Made by a program: the position numbers and the translations under genes. DNA of 64,000 bases from Parcubacteria group bacterium (lineage in GTDB: Bacteria > Patescibacteriota > Minisyncoccia > 2-02-FULL-40-12 > IGHO2-01-FULL-4-A). A model generated the notes under the pieces. That model did not search any database. It saw only the letters and a program-made list of their open reading frames with translations, and had not been told where the DNA came from. The stretch spans positions 28,746 through 92,745 of the forward strand of contig JBDRCU010000037.1 in the NCBI GenBank assembly GCA_043821485.1, in the 5' to 3' direction. Of this stretch, positions 36,882 through 46,462 are shown piece by piece (position 1 is the stretch's first letter; every line of letters starts with the position of its first letter).

Positions 36882-39800
36882 CTACAAAGAAGACAGCGCT
36901 CTCACGTCTTCTGCTAAAAACTTCGGTACGCCGTCTTTGTCATTGAGTCGTCCATTCACTATCAACACTTTGTTTTCTTCGAATACTTCTGGCTGAGCAT
37001 CGAATACCGTAGGGAATACAACTACTTCAATCTTTGATGTCATATCTTCAATCCACGCAAATGCCATTGGTTTGCCAGTTTTAGTTGTTATCTTTTGAAC
37101 CTTCGTTATCATGCCTGCAATCTTAGTAGGACTCTTCTTTTTCTTCGATATTACTTCTCCAATATTCGTAAGTCCATTATGCTGTTGAAGTTGTCTTTCA
37201 TAATCTTTCATTGGATGTCCTGATAGAAAAAGACCTAATAATTCTTTTTCCCAAAACAATTTTTCAAGAGATGGAGCAGGGGGCTCATCTTTTAAAGTCA
37301 GAGGGGGCATTGTCACTCCATTACCCGATGCCATATCAAAAAGACTTCCTTGTTTGGCTTCCTGTGCTTTTTGATGTTCGCGTGCGTGCTTTAACAATTG
37401 ATCAATATTCCCTAATAGCATTGCTCGTTCTCCAAAAGAATCCATTGCTCCGCATTTAATAAGACTCTCAAGAGATTTACGATTCAAATCCTTGTCACGA
37501 ACTCGAGTCACAAAGTTTTCTATTGAATCAAATTTCCCATTAACATCACGTTCACTGACAATTGCCTGGACAACATTTACTCCTACATTTTTAACTACTG
37601 CTAATCCAAATCGAATATCTTCGCGTACCTTGCCTTCAACTTCTTCACGAATCACAGAAAATTTCTCATCACTAAAATTAATATCCGGAGACAATACCTT
37701 AATATTCATTGAACGGCATTCTTCGACAAGAAAAGCGATGCGTTCTATGTCATTAAAATGTGAATTCATTAATGCTGCCATGAATTCTACAGGGTAATGA
37801 GCTTTCAAATATGCAGTCTGATAGGCGATAGTGGCATAACATGCTGCATGCGATCTATTAAATGCATATCTATTAAATGGCTCCACAAGCTCCCAAAAAC
37901 GCTGTGCAACTTGTTTGGGAGTACCGACTTCGTCTGCTCCTCTTTTGAACTTTTCTTCCTGCTTCATAAGAAGATCTCTTATCTTCTTGCCTACTGCTTT
38001 GCGCAAAATGTCTGCTTCAGCAAGGCTGAATCCTGCAAGGACACGTACTGCTTGAAGAAGCTGTTCCTGATACACCATAATTCCGTAAGTATTCTCAAGA
38101 ATTGGTTCAAGAGAGGGATGTAAATATTCAATGATTTTCTTGCCATGCTTGCGTGCAATATAATCGGGAATAAGCTCCATGGGGCCTGGACGATACAAAG
38201 ATACCATTACAATGATATCCTCAATATTTGTTGGTTTTAATTCGCGCAAATAACGCTTCATTCCTGAACTTTCGAGTTGAAAAACTCCTGTGGTCTGTGC
38301 TTTTTGTAAAAGTCTGAAAGTCTTCTGATCATCAAGGGGTAGATTGTCAATGTCAATCTCAACTCCATAATTCTTTTTAATAAGCATTAATGCATTATGA
38401 ATTATGGTCAAATTAGAAAGTCCCAAAAAATCCATCTTTAATAATCCCAAACTCTCAACTGCGTGCATTTCGTATTGAGTAATAATGTCGCCTTCATGCG
38501 TGCCTTTTTGCAATGGAACATATTCAGTAATTGGTTCCGGAGTTATTACAACTGCACATGCATGAGTAGAGCAATGGCGTGCAACGCCTTCTAATTGCAT
38601 TGCTGAATTAAGCAACGTATGCGCGTCTTCATTCGTATCATAAAGCTGTTTTAATTCAGTTACATTTTTTACACACTTTTTGAGGTAACCGATATTTTCA
38701 CCTTGCTGAGGATTGAATGGAATCATTTTTGCAATACGATCGCAGAAATCATAAGAGAAACCGAGCGCGCGTCCCGCATCACGAATACTTCCCCGCGCAG
38801 CCATAGTTCCAAATGTAATAATTTGAGCAAAGTGATCACTCCCATATTTATTACGCACATAATCAAAAACCTCATTGCGTCTGGCATCATCAAAATCAAG
38901 ATCAATATCAGGCATACCAATACGTTCTGGATTTAAAAATCGTTCAAAGAGAAGTTTGTACTTGAGTGGATCAATATTTGTAATATTTAAAACATAGGAG
39001 ACCAGACTTCCTGCCGCAGATCCGCGCCCCGGTCCGACAATGATTCCCTGACTCTTGGCCCAGTTTACGAAATCAGCAACAATCAAAAAATATGAAGCAA
39101 ATTCGGTTTTCTTAATAACACCTAACTCATATTCGAGACGCTCAAGCGCTTCATGATTATCTTTTTGAACGTATCTTTTTCCTACTCCTTCAAGCGCCAA
39201 TTCCTTCAAACGCTCATCTGCTGTATGCCCTTCTGGCAAAGGGAATGGGGGAAGCTGTATTTTGCCAAGTTCTATTTCAACATTGCATCTGTCGGCAATC
39301 TTGCCGGTATTCTCAAGCGCATCCGGAGTATCTTTAAACTTTTCTGCCATTTCCTCTTGAGACATAAAAGAAAAATCATCCGAGCGAAGACTAAGCCTAT
39401 CCTTATCTCCAACTTGATTGCCTGTTTGCACTGCAAGAAGTATATCGTGAGCATCTGCATCATCTGAATTTAAATAATGTGAATCCTGCGTTGCAACAAG
39501 GGGAATATTTAATTCACGAGCAAGTGGCACTATCTTTTTATTAACAACGCCTTGCTCTTCAATCCCAGGATGATGCTGAATCTCAAGGAAATAGTTTTCC
39601 TTTCCAAAGATTTCCTGATATTCAGAAATGAGTTTGCGTGCTTTGTCATCATTTCCGGAAAGAAGCGTACGTGGCACTTCCCCTGAAAGACATCCTGATA
39701 ATGCTATCAATCCTTCACTATGTTTACGCAAAAAATCTTTATCAACTCGAGGACGATAATAATATCCTTCCAAATGCGCTGCAGTAACAATTTTAATAAG

Positions 39801-40121
39801 GTTCTTGTAACCCACGTTATTCTCTGCAAGGGCAACGAGATGATAATAGCCACGCCCTTTCTCTGTCGGCTGTTTATCATACATATTTGGAGAAACATAG
39901 ATTTCACAACCAATGATTGGCTTAATTCCTGCCTTTTTACACGCCTGATAGAACTCAATAGCTCCATAAAGTACCCCGTGATCAGTGATGGCAACTGCAT
40001 CCATTCCAATGTCTTTGACTTTCTTTACAAGCTGATCTATGCGTGTTAATCCGTCTAAAAGTGAAAAATGGGTATGATTGTGCAGATGTACAAATCTCAT
40101 AGTAAAGAAATTGTAGCACAT
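36882..40121 (-). CDS. dnaE: DNA polymerase III alpha subunit (DnaE)
   Basis: An N-terminal PHP domain, FVHLHNHTHFSLLDG, is present. The polymerase core motifs GPGRGSAAGSLVSYVLNIT and IGMPDIDLDF are present. The product is 1079 aa. Confidence 0.93.
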   Translation of the reverse strand: MCYNFFTMRFVHLHNHTHFSLLDGLTRIDQLVKKVKDIGMDAVAITDHGVLYGAIEFYQACKKAGIKPIIGCEIYVSPNMYDKQPTEKGRGYYHLVALAENNVGYKNLIKIVTAAHLEGYYYRPRVDKDFLRKHSEGLIALSGCLSGEVPRTLLSGNDDKARKLISEYQEIFGKENYFLEIQHHPGIEEQGVVNKKIVPLARELNIPLVATQDSHYLNSDDADAHDILLAVQTGNQVGDKDRLSLRSDDFSFMSQEEMAEKFKDTPDALENTGKIADRCNVEIELGKIQLPPFPLPEGHTADERLKELALEGVGKRYVQKDNHEALERLEYELGVIKKTEFASYFLIVADFVNWAKSQGIIVGPGRGSAAGSLVSYVLNITNIDPLKYKLLFERFLNPERIGMPDIDLDFDDARRNEVFDYVRNKYGSDHFAQIITFGTMAARGSIRDAGRALGFSYDFCDRIAKMIPFNPQQGENIGYLKKCVKNVTELKQLYDTNEDAHTLLNSAMQLEGVARHCSTHACAVVITPEPITEYVPLQKGTHEGDIITQYEMHAVESLGLLKMDFLGLSNLTIIHNALMLIKKNYGVEIDIDNLPLDDQKTFRLLQKAQTTGVFQLESSGMKRYLRELKPTNIEDIIVMVSLYRPGPMELIPDYIARKHGKKIIEYLHPSLEPILENTYGIMVYQEQLLQAVRVLAGFSLAEADILRKAVGKKIRDLLMKQEEKFKRGADEVGTPKQVAQRFWELVEPFNRYAFNRSHAACYATIAYQTAYLKAHYPVEFMAALMNSHFNDIERIAFLVEECRSMNIKVLSPDINFSDEKFSVIREEVEGKVREDIRFGLAVVKNVGVNVVQAIVSERDVNGKFDSIENFVTRVRDKDLNRKSLESLIKCGAMDSFGERAMLLGNIDQLLKHAREHQKAQEAKQGSLFDMASGNGVTMPPLTLKDEPPAPSLEKLFWEKELLGLFLSGHPMKDYERQLQQHNGLTNIGEVISKKKKSPTKIAGMITKVQKITTKTGKPMAFAWIEDMTSKIEVVVFPTVFDAQPEVFEENKVLIVNGRLNDKDGVPKFLAEDVRALSSL

Positions 40122-40188
40122 GCAGGATACTACTCAAAAACGATATTATAGTTGCAATCTTGGCTATTTATGGTAATATCTCCCTACT

Positions 40189-40413
40189 ATGCCCGTACCA
40201 AAAAAACACGGAACTTCAGGAAAGATGCGCAGACGACGCAGCCATAGCGCACTGAAGAAAACAACACTTACAACATGCAGTCACTGTAAAAAACCCGCTC
40301 TTCCTCATCGGGTTTGCAAGCAATGCGGTTTTTACAAAGACCAGGAAGTTGTTAATGTACTTGCGAAAGAATTAAAGAGACAGGAAAAACGCAAAAAGAA
40401 AGGAGGGAAGTAA
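40189..40413 (+). CDS. rpmF: 50S ribosomal protein bL32
   Basis: The N-terminus is MPVPKKHGTSGKMRRRRSHSAL. The zinc-ribbon cysteines C..C...HRVC..CG are present. Confidence 0.8.
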   Translation: MPVPKKHGTSGKMRRRRSHSALKKTTLTTCSHCKKPALPHRVCKQCGFYKDQEVVNVLAKELKRQEKRKKKGGK

Positions 40414-40432
40414 TAGCTCACTAAAATAGTCT

Positions 40433-40912
40433 ATGGCATCACGTCACTTATCACGTTCAATAGTAATGCAGACACTTTATGAATGGGATTTTCATGGCAA
40501 AAACAATGCCATGCTTAAAGATATTGTTGAACATAATCTGAATGAATTCGCTCCGGGAATGGATAGTGTCAAATTCGTACGCAGTCTTGTTGAGGGAACC
40601 GTAAACAAAATTTCTGAAATAGATACCATAATAGAGAAGGCTGCACCGCAATGGCCTATTGAGCAGATTGCAATGGTTGACCGAGCAGTACTTCGCCTTG
40701 GCATCTATGAATTGCTTTTTGGAAATCATGACGAGGTACCGCCAAAGGTTGCAATAAATGAGGCTATAGAACTTGGAAAATCATTCGGAGGCGAATCATC
40801 AGGAAGATTTATCAACGGCGTTATGGGAACAATCTATCGAGAGATAGGTGAACCTCGTAAAGACGAAATTAGTAAAAGAAAAAAGAAAGAACAAGAAAAT
40901 GTAAACAAATAA
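40433..40912 (+). CDS. nusB: Transcription antitermination factor NusB
   Basis: NusB-family pattern [19 protein letters not shown] ... RLGIYELLF is present. The product is 159 aa. Confidence 0.85.
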   Translation: MASRHLSRSIVMQTLYEWDFHGKNNAMLKDIVEHNLNEFAPGMDSVKFVRSLVEGTVNKISEIDTIIEKAAPQWPIEQIAMVDRAVLRLGIYELLFGNHDEVPPKVAINEAIELGKSFGGESSGRFINGVMGTIYREIGEPRKDEISKRKKKEQENVNK

Positions 40913-40976
40913 TTTAGTGACCAGCGGCTAGTTTTTAGCAAGGCTAAATACTCACCAGTGATCACTACGGAACTCC

Positions 40977-41675
40977 ATGGAAGAATTTAAGCTCGACGAA
41001 CTTCAGCAGAGTATTGGCCTGCAATTTAACGATAAAGACCTATTACTTAAGGCCCTGACTCATCGTTCTTATTTAAATGAGAACACTTCGTGGCATCTGG
41101 ACCATAATGAACGTTTGGAATTTTTGGGTGATGCGGTACTGGAACTGGTTGTCACGGAATATCTTTATGGCAATTATCCTAATCCCGAAGGAGAACTCAC
41201 TAATTGGAGGGCTGCTTTAGTGAATTCAGTCATGCTTGCAAATATTGCGAAGAAGTTTAATCTTAATGATTACCTGCTACTGTCCAAAGGGGAAGCCAAA
41301 GACGAAGGGCGTGCGCGCCAGTATATTCTTGCAAATGCAGTTGAAGCATTAATTGGAGCCATACATTTGGATAGCGGATATGAGGCAGTGCGCAAATTCA
41401 TAACCACCTTCATTCTGGATGAACTTGAATTGATTTTAAAAGACAAGAAATATAGGGATCACAAAAGTCTTTTTCAGGAAGAATCGCAAGAACGCGAAGG
41501 AGTAACCCCAAACTATGAGGTGCTTGAAGAGTGGGGACCAGATCATGATAAAAATTTCAAAGTTGGAGCTTATCTTGAACGAACCCTCATAGCAGAGGGC
41601 GAGGGACATTCAAAACAAGAAGCCCAGCAGGAAGCTGCTAGAAACGCTCTAATTGTTAAAGGTTGGGATGAATAA
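40977..41675 (+). CDS. rnc: Ribonuclease III
   Basis: The RNase III signature ERLEFLGDAVLELVV is present. A C-terminal dsRBD is present. Confidence 0.92.
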   Translation: MEEFKLDELQQSIGLQFNDKDLLLKALTHRSYLNENTSWHLDHNERLEFLGDAVLELVVTEYLYGNYPNPEGELTNWRAALVNSVMLANIAKKFNLNDYLLLSKGEAKDEGRARQYILANAVEALIGAIHLDSGYEAVRKFITTFILDELELILKDKKYRDHKSLFQEESQEREGVTPNYEVLEEWGPDHDKNFKVGAYLERTLIAEGEGHSKQEAQQEAARNALIVKGWDE

Positions 41676-41693
41676 AAATATTAAATAAATATT

Positions 41694-42116
41694 ATGAATA
41701 AAAAATACATATTATCAATAATTATCTTAGTGCTTGCTGCAGTAGTACTGTATATAGCACTGGATGCAAGATCGATTGCTGAAGATACATCTAATGGTGA
41801 TGTGTCGATGAATGGGGAAACGCTAGATGCGACTCTGCATATTGATGGCATTTCATACGATGCATCAATGTCTCTAGGTGACACAGTTATTGACCTTATG
41901 ACAAACGTAGCAGAGAATGAAGACGATTTTAAATTTACTGGCACAGAATATGAAGGAATGGGATTCTTTGTTGAATCCATCAATGGAATTTCCAGCACTA
42001 ACGATATGTATTGGATTTACTATATAAATGACAAGAGTGCCCAAGTCGGAGCATCACAGTATGAGTTGGTTGACGGGGACGTTATCGAGTGGAAATTTGA
42101 AGAAAGCGACTTCTAA
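41694..42116 (+). CDS. Hypothetical exported protein (N-terminal signal anchor; DUF4430-like C-terminal region)
   Basis: The product starts MNKKYILSIIILVLAAVVLYIAL. No other motif was recognised. Confidence 0.45.
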   Translation: MNKKYILSIIILVLAAVVLYIALDARSIAEDTSNGDVSMNGETLDATLHIDGISYDASMSLGDTVIDLMTNVAENEDDFKFTGTEYEGMGFFVESINGISSTNDMYWIYYINDKSAQVGASQYELVDGDVIEWKFEESDF

Positions 42117-42118
42117 TT

Positions 42119-42667
42119 ATGGAATCTAATAGAAATATAATCTGGATTTTTGTTATCCTTATGGTGCTTAGTGCATTGATGCGTTTTGTTCCGCACATGC
42201 CGAATGTTACGCCTGTTGGCGCGCTTGCTCTTACTGCCGGACTTTATCTGCGTCGAAGCTGGGCTGTAATACCTGCCATACTTGTTATGGTTTTCACAGA
42301 CATTTTTGTCGGATTGTATCATCCCGGAATTATGTTATCTGTCTATGGAGGTTTTGTAATTATGGCTCTTATGGCTAGCACTGCAAAAGGAGAATCTAAA
42401 ACGCATATGATTGCCCCTGTCCTGGCTGGATCAATGATGTTTTTCCTAATAACCAATGCTGCTGTATGGTGGTTTTCTGGATTCTACGAACACACTGCAA
42501 GCGGTCTTATGCAAAGCTATACTCTAGCATTGCCATTTTTTAGAAATAGCTTAATCGGTAATTTTGTCTATACAGCACTGTTCGTTGCTGTTATTGAATA
42601 TGCATATGCTATCCAATCAAACCATGCTACTGCGAAGATAAGAAAAGGGAACGAGATTGACCAATAG
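42119..42667 (+). CDS. Polytopic membrane protein (possibly an ECF-transporter S-component-like substrate carrier)
   Basis: The 182-aa product has 5-6 TM helices. No defining motif was recognised. Confidence 0.45.
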   Translation: MESNRNIIWIFVILMVLSALMRFVPHMPNVTPVGALALTAGLYLRRSWAVIPAILVMVFTDIFVGLYHPGIMLSVYGGFVIMALMASTAKGESKTHMIAPVLAGSMMFFLITNAAVWWFSGFYEHTASGLMQSYTLALPFFRNSLIGNFVYTALFVAVIEYAYAIQSNHATAKIRKGNEIDQ

Positions 42668-42711
42668 CCATATTTCTGGTATCGTCTCTAGACATTAATT
42701 AAATAAATGCC

Positions 42712-43182
42712 ATGTTAAAAATTCGACTGCAACGCATTGGAAAGAAAAAACAAGCTTACTACAAAGTCGTAGTAACAGAACATACTCGCAAGCCAAAAGG
42801 CCAGTATCTTGAATTGCTTGGATCCTATGATCCTCATGCTAAAAAGATTGAAGTTGACGCTGAACGCGTTAAGCACTGGTTATCCCATGGAGCAAAGGCT
42901 TCTGCCACTGTGCATAATCTAATGGTGGGACATAATATAATAGAAGGGAAAAAAGTTACATCTTGGAAACCTAAAAAGAAGAAAGTGGAAGAATCTGAAG
43001 GGAAGGCAGATGCCCCTAAAAAAGAGGAGGTTAAGACAGAAGAAGTAAAAGAAGAAACAAAAACAGATGAGCCAGAAGCAGAAGCGGAGACAAAACCAGA
43101 ATTAGAATCAAAAGAAGGGGAAATAAAGGAAGAAGTAAAAGAGGAGCCGAAGGAAGAACCAAAAGAGGAAAAGAAAGATTGA
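42712..43182 (+). CDS. rpsP: 30S ribosomal protein bS16 with a long Lys/Glu-rich C-terminal extension
   Basis: The N-terminus is MLKIRLQRIGKKKQAYYKVVV. The extension after residue 90 or so is about 60 aa of KE-rich low complexity. Confidence 0.9.
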   Translation: MLKIRLQRIGKKKQAYYKVVVTEHTRKPKGQYLELLGSYDPHAKKIEVDAERVKHWLSHGAKASATVHNLMVGHNIIEGKKVTSWKPKKKKVEESEGKADAPKKEEVKTEEVKEETKTDEPEAEAETKPELESKEGEIKEEVKEEPKEEPKEEKKD

Positions 43183-43301
43183 CACAAGTCCCGTCCAGCG
43201 CTATATTAATACTCGCATATACCATAATAACGAAAAGCAGAAAACAGCATTGCGTTGACAATATACTGTAATCGGAATGCCTGTAAGATCTGCCCCCTAC
43301 A

Positions 43302-43670
43302 ATGGAAGAATACGATAAAGAGTTTGTCGAATATATTGTTAAAGGCATAGTAAACATCCCTGACAAAGTCGAGGTTTCAAGAAAGGTTGACGAGATGGGA
43401 GTACTGCTTGAGGTCAAAGTAGATCCAAGTGATATGGGTTTACTCATCGGACGAAGTGGTGCAACTGCCAAAGCCATCCGCGTACTAGCACGTATAGTTG
43501 GAATGAGAAACAATGCACGTGTAAATCTCCGTATCATTGAGCCAGAAGGAAGTACACGAGGCCCAGGTGCAAGCGCTCCAAATAATTCTGCATCTGCACC
43601 AGTCCCAGTACCTGCACAAGGTGAGAAATCAACAAGCATCGACGACGTAGTAAATAACCTCGGAGTCTAA
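43302..43670 (+). CDS. KH-domain RNA-binding protein (YlqC/UPF0109-like) in the rpsP-trmD operon
   Basis: The KH GxxG loop LIGRSGATAKAIR is present. The gene order rpsP-KH-trmD is classic. Confidence 0.78.
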   Translation: MEEYDKEFVEYIVKGIVNIPDKVEVSRKVDEMGVLLEVKVDPSDMGLLIGRSGATAKAIRVLARIVGMRNNARVNLRIIEPEGSTRGPGASAPNNSASAPVPVPAQGEKSTSIDDVVNNLGV

Positions 43671-43746
43671 AAGCAATTATAATCAAAACCGCCGCAAGGC
43701 GGTTTTGATATTGCATAAAATGACAAAAGTGAGTAGGGTAATATGT

Positions 43747-44439
43747 ATGAAAATAGACATCATAACAATCTTCCCAAATCTATTTGATAACTTCTTAAAC
43801 GAAAGCCTAATTGCGCGTGCTCAAAAGAAAAAACTTGTGCGTATAACTGCACACGATTTGCGCAAATGGACCAAGGATAATCACAAAACTGTAGATGGCA
43901 AACCATATGGCGGGGGAGCTGGAATGGTTCTTATGGTTAATCCAATAATGAAAGCTGTAAACAAACTTAAAAGCAAAAAGAAAAAGATACGAGTCATATC
44001 AATGTCTGCTAAGGGCAAAACTTTCAATCAAGCGATGGCACGCAAATGGTCTAAATTTGATCAATTAATTTTCATATGCGGACGATATGAAGGCATAGAT
44101 GAAAGGGTTAATAAATATGTTGCTGATGAAGAAATTTCAATAGGCAACTATGTTTTGTTTGGAGGAGAAATTCCAGCAATGGTAATAACTGAAGCAGTGA
44201 CACGTTTAATTCCTGGATCCATTGGCAAACAAGAATCTCTAAAAGATGAATCTTTCAATGTCACTGGAACAGTTCAAAAACAGCTATCTGAATTCCTAGA
44301 ATACCCTCATTACACCCGACCAGAGACAATAGAAATCAATGGCAAAAAACGCCACGTCCCAAAAGTACTGCTTTCCGGCAATCACAAAGAAGTAGAGAAA
44401 TGGCGCAAAAAACAGTCAAAAATTGCCAAAAAAATTTAA
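43747..44439 (+). CDS. trmD: tRNA (guanine37-N1)-methyltransferase TrmD
   Basis: The N-terminus is MKIDIITIFPNLF. The SPOUT-fold motif GRYEGIDERV is present. Confidence 0.88.
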   Translation: MKIDIITIFPNLFDNFLNESLIARAQKKKLVRITAHDLRKWTKDNHKTVDGKPYGGGAGMVLMVNPIMKAVNKLKSKKKKIRVISMSAKGKTFNQAMARKWSKFDQLIFICGRYEGIDERVNKYVADEEISIGNYVLFGGEIPAMVITEAVTRLIPGSIGKQESLKDESFNVTGTVQKQLSEFLEYPHYTRPETIEINGKKRHVPKVLLSGNHKEVEKWRKKQSKIAKKI

Positions 44440-44689
44440 TTCCTATAGACTTTATAATATGAAAAAAGAACTTCAAAATCTCATTGAAAAATCAGAACTG
44501 AATGATGAAGATAAAAAAATCTGGTTTTCTGTAATTCAATCGCTTAATGACAAAATGACTGTTAAGTTTCATGAGGTTATTTTGACAAATCCAGACAATC
44601 TTCCTCAAATAACATCCCTTATTAAAGAATTCCAAGAAGCTATAGGAAACAAAGATTTAGCTAAAATAGATAAATTATTAGAAAAATGA
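44423..44689 (+). CDS. Hypothetical protein
   Basis: The only support is a short ORF in operon context. The ORF is 267 nt (88 codons), or 76 aa if it starts at the alternative ATG at 44459. Confidence 0.4.
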   Translation: MPKKFNSYRLYNMKKELQNLIEKSELNDEDKKIWFSVIQSLNDKMTVKFHEVILTNPDNLPQITSLIKEFQEAIGNKDLAKIDKLLEK

Positions 44690-45573
44690 GAAGAGAAGAA
44701 GCCTTCCAACCAAATAAATCAGAGACTAAAAAGACTTTCAAAGAAAGTCTGTCTCTTCGTACGAAAGAGCTTAAACACAGAAGTAATAGAGTACTGATTG
44801 CACTTACTGCAGCGTTACTACTTTCTGGTTTTGCAGGTGTAGCTGAAGCAGGAATGAAAGATTTCTTCAAAGGAAAAGGTAGGGAAATACTTAATACCGG
44901 CAGAAGGGTGGGCATAGATAGGACCAAGAAAGAATTCAAGTATCAATTAGATAAAAAAATACTAGAACGCAGATTAAAAGAAAAGGACAAAGAATTTACC
45001 AGACTGATGAGAGAGCTTATAAAATATGACGAGAAGATACTGATGCAAGGACTAAGTGCCCTACAAGAAGAACTGTCTCAAGACCTAGATCCTAAATTTG
45101 ACGATGTATTAACTTCACTTGAACAGCAACGGGCTTTTGCTACAAAAATTATCCAGCTTGATTTAGAAATTGCAGATATGGAACAGGGAGTAAAAACAGA
45201 GGAAGAAACAGGTGGTTCAATAGAAGAAAAAAGACGCGAACGCGATATACTCCTTAAAGCATATGAAAAATCTCTTGTAGAAATGAATACGGAATTAGAA
45301 CAAGCCTTACAAAATGAAGAAAAGAATCCTCTTAAAGAACTTCTGGAAGAACAGGGATGTGGGATAGATACGCTTCATACAACAAGAGATGGAATGACAT
45401 CTGTAGAATTTTATGCAACAGTCGAACCTATGCGCGAACATGCACAAGGAGCTAGAGCAGAGATTCAAGAACTCGAAGGACAAATGGATCAACAAGGAAA
45501 AGCAATAAGAGAGGAGCATAAGGAAGCAGGAAGTGGAGCACTAGATAGAACCCTAGATATTATATTTAGATAA
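44686..45573 (+). CDS. Hypothetical coiled-coil protein with a signal-anchor
   Basis: The 295-aa product has a TM at about residue 35-55. The rest is charged heptad-like sequence. Confidence 0.45.
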   Translation: MRREEAFQPNKSETKKTFKESLSLRTKELKHRSNRVLIALTAALLLSGFAGVAEAGMKDFFKGKGREILNTGRRVGIDRTKKEFKYQLDKKILERRLKEKDKEFTRLMRELIKYDEKILMQGLSALQEELSQDLDPKFDDVLTSLEQQRAFATKIIQLDLEIADMEQGVKTEEETGGSIEEKRRERDILLKAYEKSLVEMNTELEQALQNEEKNPLKELLEEQGCGIDTLHTTRDGMTSVEFYATVEPMREHAQGARAEIQELEGQMDQQGKAIREEHKEAGSGALDRTLDIIFR

Positions 45574-45593
45574 AATATAGAAATTTGTCGATA

Positions 45594-45623
45594 TAAAAAC
45601 CCTTAGAACAAGGGTTTTTTGTT
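45594..45623 (+). terminator. Rho-independent terminator (AAAACCCTT-AGAAC-AAGGGTTTTTTG)
   Basis: A perfect hairpin with a T tract, read directly. Confidence 0.7.
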
Positions 45624-45625
45624 TC

Positions 45626-45654
45626 TTGACTTTGACCCTAAAATACTATATAAT
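45626..45654 (+). promoter_or_regulatory. Consensus sigma70-type promoter TTGACT-17nt-TATAAT for the island-F gene
   Basis: TTGACT lies at 45626-45631 and TATAAT at 45649-45654, separated by a 17-nt spacer. The element is about 70 nt upstream of the ATG. Confidence 0.6.
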
Positions 45655-45724
45655 ATATACAACTCTGCGAGGTCCGTAAGGAATTTCATAGAACGTACAT
45701 TCCGAAAACGAGAGGAGAAAGGTC

Positions 45725-46387
45725 ATGCGTTACGCGGGCCTATTCCTGTTGGTGGTCGCCATCATGGCGACCCTCACAATCAACTCCGAACCCGCCTTCG
45801 CCGGAGACCTGTTCGACAGGATCCTTAGCGAGGGCTTGGCTGGCACCGATCGAGACCACGTCGTCACGACTGCCCGCCAGACGATCCGCGAGGACAGCGA
45901 CATCCGTGACCCCGGAACAACTGGAAGCATCTACGAAGGGGTCGACATCACAAACAAGGTACTTGGAAATCCTTACGGTGGCGGGGGAACCAAGGGAACG
46001 CTAACCCGCCTAGGTGGAGCTGGACTGTTCTACTTCCTGGACAGTACGGGTCGCATTCGACATCCGAGTCATACACGTCAATCGGCGGATGTCGTCAAGC
46101 AGATCGAAGCCAAACCCGATACCGTGACCCGACCGACACCGGACCCAAGCATGGAGTGGTCTCTCAACAACGTGACGACCGACAAAACCATGGTCGTCTA
46201 CTACCAGAACGAGATGCTCTTCGTGCTCAACGGCGGAGAGTCGAACTTCCATGCGATTCCTCTGAGCTGGAACTCCACCCGCTTCAGGGCGGAGATCCTG
46301 GAACAGGATCCATCGACTGGCGCCCTTGTTCGCAGTGCTGCGACCAGAACGGCCACCGGAAGCTACGGCTTCAACTTCTCCGACTAG
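45725..46387 (+). CDS. Hypothetical secreted protein (220 aa) in GC-rich island F
   Basis: A signal peptide MRYAGLFLLVVAIMATLTINSEPAFAG is present. The RBS context is GAGGAGAAAGGTC. GC content is high. Confidence 0.6.
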   Translation: MRYAGLFLLVVAIMATLTINSEPAFAGDLFDRILSEGLAGTDRDHVVTTARQTIREDSDIRDPGTTGSIYEGVDITNKVLGNPYGGGGTKGTLTRLGGAGLFYFLDSTGRIRHPSHTRQSADVVKQIEAKPDTVTRPTPDPSMEWSLNNVTTDKTMVVYYQNEMLFVLNGGESNFHAIPLSWNSTRFRAEILEQDPSTGALVRSAATRTATGSYGFNFSD

Positions 46388-46438
46388 CCGGCCATGAGAC
46401 CGGCAACAAGTACCGACATCAGGGCCGGACCTCCAACA

Positions 46439-46462
46439 GGGGGCACCGGCCCCCTTTTTTTT
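46439..46462 (+). terminator. Strong rho-independent terminator (GGGGGC-ACCG-GCCCCC then T8)
   Basis: Read directly. It sits immediately before the rRNA promoter region. Confidence 0.7.

Noticed and set aside
36882-40121. Numerous short ORFs on both strands within dnaE, and similar ones within rnj, PMM and the ABC exporter.
   Set aside because: They are embedded in, or antisense to, long conserved CDSs.
42834-43716. Long minus-strand ORFs (117, 202 and 60 aa) opposite rpsP, the KH protein and the start of trmD.
   Set aside because: They are antisense to well-supported ribosomal-operon genes. They arise from the KE-rich repeat tail of S16 read on the opposite strand (poly-Leu/Ser/Phe).
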